The notes under the pieces: generated by a model
Database searches by the model: none
Seen by the model: the letters and a program-made list of their open reading frames with translations, nothing else
Told to the model about the DNA's origin: nothing
Position numbers and translations under genes: made by a program
Shown here: positions 48,736 to 60,259 of the stretch, piece by piece
How positions within the stretch are numbered: the stretch's first letter is position 1
How the letters are laid out: the number at the start of each line of letters is the position of its first letter
From: Squalus acanthias
Lineage: Eukaryota
Assembly (NCBI GenBank): GCA_030390025.1
Contig: CM059432.1
Location: forward strand, 85,066,001 to 85,130,000
Direction of reading: 5' to 3'
Length of the DNA: 64,000 bases

Positions 48736-51620
48736 TCACATCCCTATCACTCTGGTGTGCTCCATGTGCTTATCCAATAACCGCTTGAAAGTTCCTAAAG
48801 TGTCCGACTCCACTATCACAGCAGGCAGTCCATTCCACACCCCAACCACTCTCTGAGTAAAGAATCTACCTCGGACATCCCTTCTATATCTCCCCCCATG
48901 CACCTTATAGTTATGCCCCCTTGTAACAGCTGCCTCTACCCGAGGAAATAGTCTCTGAACATCCACTCTATCTATCCCCCTCATCATCTTATAAACCTCT
49001 ATTAAGTCGCCTCTCATCCTCCTCCGCTCTAAAGAGAAAAGCCCCAACTCCCTCAATCTTTCCTCATAAGACCTCCCCCCCAAACCAGGCAGCATCCTGG
49101 TAAATCTCCTTTGCACTCTTTCCAATGCTTCCACGTCCTTCCTATAGTGAGGTGACCAGAACTGCACACAATATTCCAAATGTGGTCTCACCAAGGTCCT
49201 GTACAGTTGCAGCATAACCTCACAGTTCTTAAACTCAAACCCTCTGTTAATAAACGCCAACACACCATAGGCCTTCTTTACTGCTCTATCCACTTGAGTG
49301 GCAACCTTCAGAGATCTGTGGATATGAACCCCCAGATCCCTCTGCTCCTCCACGTTCCTCATAACCCTGCCGTTGACCCTGTAATCCTTATTCAAATTTG
49401 CCCTACCAAAATGAATCACCTCGCACTTATCAGGGTTAAATTCCATCTGCCATTTTTCGGCCCAGCTCTGCATCCTATCAATGTCTCTTTGCAGTCTACA
49501 ACAGCCCTCCTCCTCATCCACTGCTCCACCAATCTTGGTGTCATCAGCAAATTTACTGATCCACCCTTCAGTCCCCTCCTCCAAGTCATTGATAAAAATC
49601 ACAAACAGCAGAGGACCCAGCACCGACCCCTGTGGCACACCGCTGGTAACTGGTCTCCAGTCCGAAAATGTTCCATCCACCACCACCCTCTGCCTTCTAT
49701 GAGATAGCCAGTTACTTATCCAATCGGCCAAATTTCCCTCTATCCCACAACTCCTTACTTTCTTCATGAGCCGACCATGGGGAACCTTATCAAACGCCTT
49801 ACTAAAATCCATGTATACGACATCAACTGCTCTACCTTCATCTACACACTTAGTTACCTCCTCAAAGAATTCAATCAAATTTGTTAGGCAAGACTTACCC
49901 TTCACGAATCCGTGTTGACTATCCCTGATTAAGTTGCCCCTTTCCAAATGGTCATAAATCCTATCCCTCAGGACCTTTTCCATTATCTTACCAACCACCA
50001 AAGTAAGACTAACCGGCCTATAATTACCAGGGTCATTTCTATTTCCTTTCTTGAAGAGAGGAACAACATTCGCCACTCTCCAGTCCTCTGGCACCATTCC
50101 CGTGGACAGTGAGGACCCAAAGATCAAAGCCAGAGGCTCTGCAATCTCCTCCCTTGCCTCCCAAAGAATCCTAGGATATATCCCATCTGGCCCAGGGGAC
50201 GTATCGACCCTCAGGTTCTTCAAAATTGCTAAAACATCTTCCCTCAGAACATCTACCACCTCCAGCCTATCCACCTTTATCACACTCTCATCCTCAAGAA
50301 CATGGCCCCTCTCCTCGGTGAACACTGACGAAAAGTATTCATTCATCACCTCTCCTATCTCTTCTGACTCCATGCACAAGTTCCCACTACTGTCCTTGAC
50401 CGGCCCTACCCTCACCCTGGTCATTCTTTTATTTCTCACATAAGAGTAAAAGGCCTTGGGGTTTTTCTTGATCCGACCCACCTAGGACTTCTCATGCCCC
50501 CTCCTAGCTCTCCTAAGCTCTTTTTTTAGCTCATTCCTTGCTACCTTGTACCCTTCAATCGACCCAACTGAACCTTGTTTTCTCATCCTTACATACGCTT
50601 CCTTTTTCCTCTTGACTAGACATCCAACCTCTTTTGTGAACCATGGTTCTCTCACTCGGCCATTTCCTCCCTGCCTGACAGGGACATACCTATCAAGGAC
50701 ACGCAGTAATTGCTCCATGAAAAAGCTCCACTTTTCGTTTGTGCCTTTCCCTGATAGTTTCTGTTCCCATCTTATACTCCCTAATTCTTGCCTAATCGCA
50801 TCATAATTACCCCTCCCCCAATTATAAACCCTGCCCTGCCGTATGGCCCTATCCCTCTCCATTGCAATAGTGAAAGTTACCGAATTGTGGTCACTATCTC
50901 CAAAGTGCTCTCCCACATACAAATCAAACACTTGGCCCGGTTCATTACCCAGTACCAAATCCAACGTGGCCCCAGCTCTTGTCGGCCTATCCACATATTG
51001 TGTCAGGAAACCCTCCTGCACACACTGTGCAAAAACTATCCCATCCGAACTGTTTGACCTATAAAGGTTCCAATCAATATTTGGAAAGTTGAAGTCACCC
51101 ATGACAACTACTCTGTGACCTCCACACCTATTCATAATCTGCTTTGCAATTTCTTCCTCCACATCTCTATTACTATTTGGGGGCCTGTAGAAAACTCCTA
51201 ACAACGTGACCGCTCCTTTCCTATTTCTAACTTCAGCCCATATTACCTCAGACGGCAGATCCCCCTCGAACTGCCTTTCTGCCGCTGTTAAACTATCCTT
51301 GATTAACAATGCTACTCCTCCACCTTTCTTACCAACTTCCCTACTCTTACTGAAACATCTATACCCCGGAACTTCCAACAACCATTCCTGTCCCTGTTCT
51401 AACCATGTCTCCGTAATGGCCACCACATCGTAGTCTCAAGTACCAATCCACGCTCCAAGTTCTCCTACCTTATTCCGGATGCTCCTTGCATTGAAGTAGA
51501 CACACTTCAAGCCATCTTCCTGTCTGCCGGTACATTCCTGCGACCTTGATACCCTCCTCAGTACCTCCCTACACTCACCACTGGCTCCTGGACTACAGCC
51601 CTTTTTCCCATCCCCCTGAC
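48736..51620 (-). pseudogene. CR1 ORF2 (APE endonuclease + RT), single frame with two premature stops (51436, 50482)
   Basis: YFNARSI, ITETWL, GDFNFP, SDHN, PGPDG, YRPVSL, GVPQGSVLGP, FADD. The three ORF segments share one frame. Confidence 0.93.
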
Positions 51621-51623
51621 AAA

Positions 51624-52551
51624 TTAGTTTAAACCCCCCCGAAGAGCCGTAGCAAATTTCCCTCCCAGGATATTGGTGCCCCTCTGGTTCAGGTGCAAAC
51701 CGTCCTGTTTGTACAGGTCCCACCTTCCCCAGAATGTGCTCCAATTATCCACATAACTGAAACCCTCCCCCCTACACCATCCCTGCAGCCACGTGTTTAT
51801 CTGCACTCTCTCCCTGTTCCTCAACTCGCTAGCACGTGGCACCGGCAACAAACCAGAGATTACAACATGGTTTGTACTGGCTCTCAGCTTCCAACCTAGC
51901 TCCCTAAATTCCTGTTTTAAATCCCCGTCCCTTCTCCTACCTATGTCGTTGGTACCGATGTGTACCACGACTTGTGATTGTTCCCCCTCCCCTTTGAGGA
52001 TTCTGAAAACACGGTCCGAGACGTCACGGACCCTGGCACCCGGGAGGCAACATACCATCCGTGAGTCTCTTTTGCTGCCACAGAACCTCCTATCTGTCCC
52101 TCTGACTATTGAGTCCCCAATAACTATTGCTCTCCTGCTCTCCCCCCTTCCCTTCTGAGCCACAGGGATGGACCCAGCGCCGGAGATCCGGTCACCATGG
52201 CTTACCACTGGTAAGTCGTCCCCCTCAACAGTATTCAAAGCGGTATACCTGTTACTGAGGGGAACGACCACAGAGGATCCCTGCACTGACTGTTTCCTCC
52301 TAGCCCCTCTCACCGTCACCCATCTATCTTCATGCTTTGGAGTAATTACATCCCTGAGGCTTCTATCTATGACCTCCTCTGCCTCCCGAATGATCCGAAG
52401 TTCATCCAGCTCCAGCTCCAGTTCCCTAACACGGTTTTCGAGGAGTTGGAGATGGGTGCACTTCCCACAGGGTGTAATCAGCAGGGACACCTACGGCGTC
52501 CCTCACCTCAAACATTCTGCAGGAGGAACATTTCACTGCCTCCCCTGCTAT
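51624..52551 (-). pseudogene. CR1 ORF1 (CxxC..CxxC, coiled coil, SGNH esterase-like domain); start apparently ATG>ATA and an early frameshift
   Basis: CSSC/CGKC, LELELDEL, IGDSIVR, HIGTND, DGLHLN. Confidence 0.88.
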
Positions 52552-53715
52552 CCCCTCCAGCTAACTTGCAGATTAAACTAGAACAAAAAAGAGCTTACCT
52601 GATAGTCACTCACCTCCTTTAGGTTAGAGGAGGAGGAAGGGTGGGGGACACTGCAAGTGTAGTGTCTCGGGTTTAGGAACCGCCCAACTTATATACAGGT
52701 TACTAGTTACTGATTGCCAGTCTGAGAATGAACCATTTATCCCAACTCTCTGCCTTCTGTTAGATAGCCAATCCTCTATCCATGCCAGAATATTACCCCC
52801 AATCCCATGATTTTTTATTTTAAGCAATAATCTTTTGTGTGGCACCTTGTCAAATGCCTTTTGGAAGTCTAAATACACCATATCCACTGGTTCCCCTTTA
52901 TCCACCCTGTATGTTACTTCCTCAAAGAACTCCAGCAAATTTGTCAAACATGACTTCTCCTTCATAAAACCATGCTGACTTTGTCCTATTAAATTATGAT
53001 TATCCAAATGTCCCGTTACTGTCTCCTTAATAATGGACTCCAAAATTTTACCTACCACAGATGTTAGGCTAACCGATCTATAGTTTCCAGCCTTCTGTCT
53101 ACTGCCCTTTTTAAATAAGGGTGTTACATTAGCAGTTTTCCAGTCTGCCGGGATCTTTGCTGAGTCCAGGGAGTTTTGGAAAATTATTACCAATGCATCC
53201 ACAATCCCTACCGCCACTTCCCTCAAGACCCTAGGATGTAAGCCATCAGGTCCAGGTGATTTATCCGCCTTGAGTCCCATTATTTTACCGAGTACCACTT
53301 CCTTAGTGATTTTGATCGTGTTTAGCTCCTCCCCCCCTATAGCCCCCTGTTTGTCCAGTGTTGGGATATTCTTAGTGTCCTCTACTGTAAAGACTGATAC
53401 AAAATATTCATTCAGTGTTTTTGCCATCTCCATATTTCCCACCATTAATTTCCCGGTCTCATCCTCTAAGGGACCAACATTTACTTTAGCCACCCTTTTT
53501 CTTTTTATATAACTATAAAAACTCTTACTACCTGTTTTTATATTTGTTGCTAATTTACTTTCATAATCTATCTTCCCTTTCTTAATCAATCTTTTTGTTC
53601 GTTTTTGCTATTCTTCCTACCAAAGTGAATAACCTCACATTTCCCCACATTATACTCCATCTGCCACCTTATTGCCCACTCACTTAACCTGCCTATATCC
53701 CTTTGCAGGCTCTTT

Positions 53716-55090
53716 GGGCTAGAAATTCATCTACTTACCACCACTCCATAGCGCCATGAAATGGTGATAAAATGTCGGCCGCTGCTCTTTCACCAGCTAG
53801 GGGCAGGTCCTGCGGCAGCCGTCATATTCCTGGTGGCTTGCTGCGATAGATGTGAAAAGTTTTTTAAGTGTGTAGGGAGTGCTGCTGGATGCTTGCAAGG
53901 GCTCAGATGGTAAATGAAGGCCTTTGAGAAGACAGAACATGCTGCAAATACTCAGCAGGTCATGCAACATCTCAAGTCTAGATGCTGCCTGACCAGCTGA
54001 GTATTTCCAGCATATTATGTTGTCATTTCACATTTACAGCATCTGCTTGCAGAGGGAAGAGGAAGACACAGAAGAGGAGGAAGCAGAAGAGGAGGAAGCC
54101 GAAGAGGAGGAATCAGAAGAGGAGGAATCAGATGGAAGGATGCATCCCAGACAGCCCCTTTGTGGCCAGGATATCTGGAATGGAATCATCTGCCTCTGGT
54201 CCCAGTGACCACAACCCCAATTACCCTTTCAACATTAGTCCCACACCTTACCTTCTACCTGTTACTGTCATCACAATGTCCTCTTGGCCATGATGCTGAA
54301 ATAAAAGCCACCAAAAAGCAAACTTTCTAATCCACCTATACACGTCTACTCATCCAATGTGACATCAAGAAATCAACTCATCCCCCGTATGCATTCTCTT
54401 AGTGACTGTCTTGTGTGTGCCTTTGCCTGTCCTACTGAAGTCACGCAGTGCTACCCCAATGGCTGCAGAATGGCTGGTGGAAGACTACAGTCTTTCAGTG
54501 GGGGACACTGCAAATGTCCTTGCTGGTTGAACTTGAGGAACTGTTGGCATGGGAGTGTCAAATCAATCTTCTTCTGTTCTTGTTCTTCTTCACTCTCCTC
54601 TCCCTCTTCTTGGTCACCCACTGGCTGGGCAGGCTGCATTTCTTGGATGTGTGAAATGAGGAATGCACAAGGGTGGAGTTGTGGTGACGGGAGGGCGGGA
54701 AAGCATGAGGTGCATGCTAGAAGGCGGATAATGTATGAGGATACCAGCATCTTGTATCATTTCAGCCCCGCCGCTGGCAAAGGGCTCAGCCATGCCCCAG
54801 TCAAGAATGGCCTGCACCATCTCCTCCAAGGGGGTGAGGTGAGGCTAGGAATGTGAGATGTGCCTCGTCATTGGTGCAGATTGTTGGTAGGTGAGTGATT
54901 GGGAGTCATGCATTGAGCTGTGTGTGATGCTAGTGGTGCAGTTGGTAGGAGGTCATGCAGCTTTTTTGGGCACTGGAGCCAGATGGTGGAGGTGACACTG
55001 CTGGCAATGACGGCCTCGGTGATGTACTCCCACATCCTTCTTTCTGGAGGGCCTCCTGGCCCTTGACCTCCTGCCATTATAACTGATTCC
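53716..55090. mobile_element. Degenerate Harbinger pieces plus a Penelope-like inverted terminus (~53930-54030)
   Basis: TIR-like GGGCTAGAAATT at 53716, acidic transposase tail, Myb WEYITEAV..WLQCPKKLHDL, imperfect palindrome. Confidence 0.65.
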
Positions 55091-55285
55091 ACAGGCATCT
55101 TTAATGTTAAATGTTGGCCTTAAAACCACAAAAACAGGAAATTAAGGTTATAGACAGAAAATACATGCATACACATTACATTATATATTTCAGCATGCTA
55201 GTTCTTTTATTTGACATTAATTTATTATAACTACCAAATTTTTCAATCATAAATTGTACAATTACATAAATCCTTCCAACATATA

Positions 55286-56005
55286 GGGCCAGAATTTACT
55301 GTAGCCAGCAAACAAACGGCGCCCACCGTTCATTACACTTGCCCATGGTGGTTAATTTCCATGAGCGTTTGAATGGCAAGTTGCTGTAAGTGAGAGATCA
55401 AAATGGCACGGTGCCCTCTACAGGGCCATTGGGACCTGTGTGAATAGGGCAAGCAACTGTGTATTTCCTTAACCAATCAAATTGAAGAATTCTTAATGAA
55501 CAGTGCAGAGCCTGAACCAGGAAGTGTAACATAGAATGGTAAATTCAATTCAGGTACAGAAGGCAAAACAAAGAGGGAAATTTTAAGAGAGTAAAAAAGA
55601 GATAGAAAGAAAAGTTAAAAAAGTTACTTTTTTATATCTCCAACAACAAATTAAACTTGAAGGAATGAGACTCCACACTTGTAAAGTTAATTTTCAGTGC
55701 CAGAGAGGTTGTAAAGGGTACTTAGACTGAAATGGACAAGCCCTAGCTTTCTGTGGCGAGTTTAGTTCATATCTACTGTGCAAGTACGGCAACTTCACAT
55801 TGTTCAATGCATTTGAATGGTGAGTCAGACAGCGAGATGCCATTTTCGGGAAGCAAACGGCAGAGCAGCGGGTCTCAGACAGCAACTTCCTGATTTTCGC
55901 ATTTAACCTCGCATCTGCCCTCACCTGAAGTTGCTGTGCGAATTGCACATAAATAACGGTGAGCACTGTTCGGCTCACCATTATTTTAACAGTAAATTAT
56001 GGCCC
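55286..56005. mobile_element. Non-autonomous Harbinger-type element
   Basis: TIRs GGGCCAGAATTTA / TAAATTATGGCCC, TSD ATA/ATA. Internal homolog at 43273-43510 plus 44622-44735. Confidence 0.82.
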
Positions 56006-56365
56006 ATAATTTCATGCAGTTTTTCAATTAGTCCCCACCGCGTATAGCAGGGGCATTTGTGCGAACGCAATTTGTCCACTATACGCAAAGTGGTAGCGTT
56101 ATTTAATAAAAATATTTTAATAAAATTAAAAATAATTAAAATTTAATTTCAATTTTTAAAAAGCACAAAGGGAATCTTCATCCTCCATCTCTCCACTTTC
56201 CACTCTGTGTACATTTACAGTGTTGTTACTCAATGCCAAAGGACAACAGACATAATGGTCCAAAATCAGAAATTGATCATAGAGGAATTTTAAGATAATG
56301 ATGAGGACTTTTGAATCTCACTGCCAGCTCTTCCTCAGTAACTTGGGTTGGAGATTAAAGACCTG

Positions 56366-56783
56366 GGGCTGGATTTTGCCAATGGGGAGCTTTTGGAGGC
56401 GGGACTCCCACTTGTCGGGTTTCAGTCCCGCCTCCATCAACTTCTGGCCAACCCATGCTATTTTCCCTTGATTGATCTTGTTAAGCCAATTAAGGGAAAG
56501 CCGGTTACAGAGAACGTCATGACGTTTCATCTGTCAAAAAAATTTTGTGTGGGTAAAATGGGGATAATCCTCTTATCTGTCTGTTAACTACCTGTTAACA
56601 GGCAGATAAGTGGCACTAATCCCCTTCCCGCCTCCAAGAAGGACGGGACCCAGCGCTGGTCGGCTACCCCCTTCCTGGCAAGATAGCACTGAGGCGGGTT
56701 GGGGGCGGGATGGGCACCCGCCCCCAGATTCTGCCATTTTCCCGGCAGTCCCACCTCCATACCCGCTTGGCAAGATCACGCCC
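56366..56783. mobile_element. Harbinger-type MITE, internally deleted relative of 61274-62023
   Basis: GGGCTGGATTTT / AAGATCACGCCC, TSD CTG/CTG. Shared CTGTTAACTACCTGTTAAC block. Confidence 0.82.
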
Positions 56784-56929
56784 CTGGATCCGTTTAAGAG
56801 GTGGTCAGACTGTCATGCCAATTTAAAAACAGAGCTAGAAGGTATCCAGCTCAGCAAGCCAGCAAGAAGGTCTTGCAACAGTGGCATGAACTCTAGAGGG
56901 AACAGGTAGTTAGGTCTTAATGACAGGTA

Positions 56930-58060
56930 CTCACATAAGAGACTGTTAGCTAAAATTAAAGCTCATGAAATTGTGGCCAAATTATTAACCTGGTTAGAAG
57001 ATTGGTTATGCGGTAGAAGACAGAGAGTAGGGATAATATGTATGTACTCAAATTGGAAGGAAGTGACCAGTGGTGTCCCACAAGGATCCATGCTGGGGGC
57101 TCAACTATTCACTATATTTATTATGACTTAGATAATACAATAGGAGCCATATATCCAAGTTTAACAATGACACAAATATAGGTGGCATAGTAAGTCGTGT
57201 AGGCAGGAGGATAACATTACAAAGAGACATTGATCGATTAAGTGAATGGGCAAAACTGTGGCAGATGGATTTCATGCAGGTAAGTGTGAGGTCATCCATT
57301 TTGGACCTAAGAAAGATGGATCTGAATATTTTATAAATGGTGAAAAGTTGGGAACAGTGGAAGTTGAAAGAGATTTAGGGGTCCATGTATATAGATCACT
57401 AAAATGTAGTGATCATGTACAAAAAAATAAGCAAAAAGGCTAATGGAGTGTTAGCCTTTATAACTAGAGGACTAGCACATAAAGGAGAGGAAGTTTTTCT
57501 TCAGCTGTACAAAGCCATGTGGGCCCACATCTGGAATACTGTGTACAATTCTGGGCACCGCAATGTTAAAAGGATATGGAAGGAGTGCAGTGCAGATTCA
57601 CAAGAATGTTACCAAGGCTCCAAGGGTTAAATTACAAGATTACATAAACTAGGCTTGTATTCCCTGGAATATAGAAGGTTAAAGGGTTGTTTTGATTGCG
57701 CTTTTTTGGATTTTGAAAGGAATTGATAAGGTAGATAGAGAGAAACTTTTTCTGCTGAGTCTAGGACAAGGGGACATAACCTTTGAAATCAGAGCCAGGC
57801 CATTCGGGAGCGAAGTTAGGAAACACTTTTTCACACAAAGGGTGGTAGAAGTGTGGAACTCTCTCCCACAAAAAGCAGTAGATGCTAGCTCAATTAATAA
57901 TTTTAAATCTGAGATCGATAGATCTTTGCTAGCCAAGGCTATTAAGGGATATGGAGCCAAGGCGGGTGAATGGAGTTAGGATACAGATCAACCATGATCT
58001 CATTGAATGGTAGAACAGGCTCAAGGGGCTGAATGGCCTACTTCTGTTCCTATGTTTTAC
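56930..58060 (+). mobile_element. Degenerate CR1 LINE 3' part
   Basis: RT and C-terminal remnants (FFTQRVVEVWNSLP) and CR1 tail. Confidence 0.85.
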
Positions 58061-58699
58061 ATCTACCAGAGGCTTTGAGGGCTACCCTTGGAATTCAGCC
58101 CACTACATCCTTCTTAGGCTCAGCAGAACCCACACCTGCTGAGAGCAAGCATTGGTTCCATACTGGACCTTCCCAAGTGTTTCCTAGCAAAGGTAATCAA
58201 TCCCAGAGGAGATCACTTATCTTAGAATGAATGCCCTTCAAGGAAAAATAAAACATTTTTGTCAATCCCTTTGGCCCAATAAGGACATCTGACACTCTAA
58301 TTTTCAGCCAGCCAATTGGGATGGGCACTTCTGTTGTGCCTGAGGCACAAGCCACCTAGTCTAGTTATTAAAAGAACCTTATCCCTGGGATTTGGCATGC
58401 GGTCCACATCCTCTCTAGCTGATGGCTAGGAGTCTCAGTCTGTCACAGGTGGTGAAGCAGGTAACCTAGATTTTCAGGTGCTTCATTATTAACTATTATT
58501 TTGTTAATTCCCAAAAACATCTAAAATATACCATCATCCTCCATTAAAATATATTGGGGTAGAAACTGGTCCTCATTGTGCGTGTTTTCTGGGTGGAAGA
58601 CGGGGGCAAAAATTATCCATTTTTCAGGTTATGCCCTGCGCCCCAAGGACGCCTGAAATATGTCTGATGCCATATTGACTTGAAACCTTCTTGGTTGTC

Positions 58700-59960
58700 A
58701 TAAAAACCAAACTAGTTCATAATGTCCTTCAGAGAAGGTCCCCAATCTCATCTAGCCAACATGTGACTCCAGTGCCACACGTGGTTGACTCAATGCTTTC
58801 TAAATGGCCCAACAAGCCACCCAGTTGAAAACAATTGCTACAAAGTCAATAATAAGAAAATCAGACAGACTTATCAACAGCAACCCAAGCATCATATAAG
58901 ACTACAGCACTCTCAGCCCAGTCCACCCTGAAAGGTCCTCCTCACTAACATATCGGGGCTGGTGCAAAGTTGGGAGAACTGTCCCCCAGACTAGACAAGT
59001 AACAGCCTGAGATATTTATATTTACAGAATTATATCTATCAGCTAACATCCCAGACTCCTCTAGCATCGTTCCTGTGTATGTTCTGTCCTACCAGGAAAA
59101 TAGACCCACCAGAGGGCACAGTGATATACAGTCAAGTGGGAGGAAGACTAGGGCACAAACTGTACTCTGTGTGGGGGACTCCGATGTGGGGGACCACTAA
59201 GAGTGGCTCCATAGTACCATCACTGACTGAGCTAACCACGTCCTGAAGGACATAGCTGCCAGACTGATCCTGCATCAGGTGGTGAGGGAACTAACACAAA
59301 GAAGTAGCCTACTTGACTGCAACCTCATCAACCTACTTGTCACAGACATATCTGTCCACGATTGCACTAGTAGAAGTGACCACCGCACAGTCCTTGTAAA
59401 GAAAAAGTGTTGGCTACACTGTGATATCATCTTCCATCAAGCAATGAATCACTAGGACCAACTACTTACAGATCTAACAACCCAAAACTGGGCATCCATA
59501 AAATGCCATGGGCCATCAGCAGAAGCACAAATTGTAACCTCAAGCCACAGCACATTCCTTATTCCCTGATCCCCATCAAGCCAGGAGACCAACCTTTGTT
59601 CAATGTAGTATGTAGAAGGGTGTACCAAGAGCAGCGTCAGACATACATTTGAATGAGGTATGAATATAGTGAAGCTACTGCTCAGGCCTACCTGCATGCT
59701 AAGCATTCTCACAATCAATGGATAAGAGCAAAGTTCTATAGCCCTATCACATCCAGTAGGGAATAGTGGTGGACAACCAGGCAACTAACAGGAGGAGGCT
59801 GCTGAATGATCATCCCCATTCTTAACCATGGTCAAGCCCAGCATGTGAGTTCAAGGATTTGCAAGAGTTTGCAAGTGTCTTCAGCCAAAAGTGCTGAGTA
59901 GATTTACCTATTCAGCCACATCTCGAAGACCCCACTATCATAGCTTGACACCATCCAGGA
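58700..59960 (+). mobile_element. Highly degenerate copy of the 19240-22217 LINE family
   Basis: Collinear similarity to 19300-20600. Confidence 0.65.
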
Positions 59961-60255
59961 CAACAACAACAACAACAACTTGTATTTAAAAAGCACCTTT
60001 AACATAGTAAAACGTCTCAAGGCGCTTCACACGAGCGTTAGAAAACAAAATTTGACACCAAGCTACATAAAGAGATATTAGGGCAGACGACTATAAGCTT
60101 GGTCAAAAGGTAAGTTTTAAGGTGTGTCTTAAAGGAAGAAAGAGAGGTAGAGAGGCGGCGAGGTTTAGGGAAGGAATTCCACAGCTTAGGGTCTTGGCAG
60201 CTGAAGGATCGGCCACCAACGCTGGAACGATTAAAACCAGGGATGCTCAAGAGGC
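59961..60255 (-). mobile_element. L2-type LINE 3' end
   Basis: GGRSFSCQDPKLWNSFP...FKTHLKTYL and (TTG)n tail. Confidence 0.7.
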
Positions 60256-60259
60256 CAGA

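Larger units (their letters stand above)
48646..52701 (-). mobile_element. CR1 copy C, essentially full length (inner)
   Basis: 5' UTR, ORF1, ORF2, (ATGTTTCT)n tail. TSD ACTAG at 48641-48645 and 52702-52706. Confidence 0.93.
47482..53607 (-). mobile_element. CR1 copy B (middle; 47482-48645 and 52702-53607)
   Basis: RT split at VTS|GVPQGSVLGP by copy C, TSD ACTAG. Confidence 0.85.
46770..53715 (-). mobile_element. CR1 copy A (outer; 46770-47481 and 53608-53715)
   Basis: (TTCTTATG)n tail at ~46770. The sequence resumes at 53608 with duplicated CTATT. Confidence 0.8.

Noticed and set aside
49180..52622. Multiple plus-strand ORFs of 70-175 aa
   Set aside because: Antisense shadows of CR1 ORF1/ORF2 with no independent motifs.
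52600..52701. HDV-like ribozyme at the CR1 5' end
   Set aside because: I could find a simple hairpin but not the nested P1/P2/P3/P1.1 pairings.
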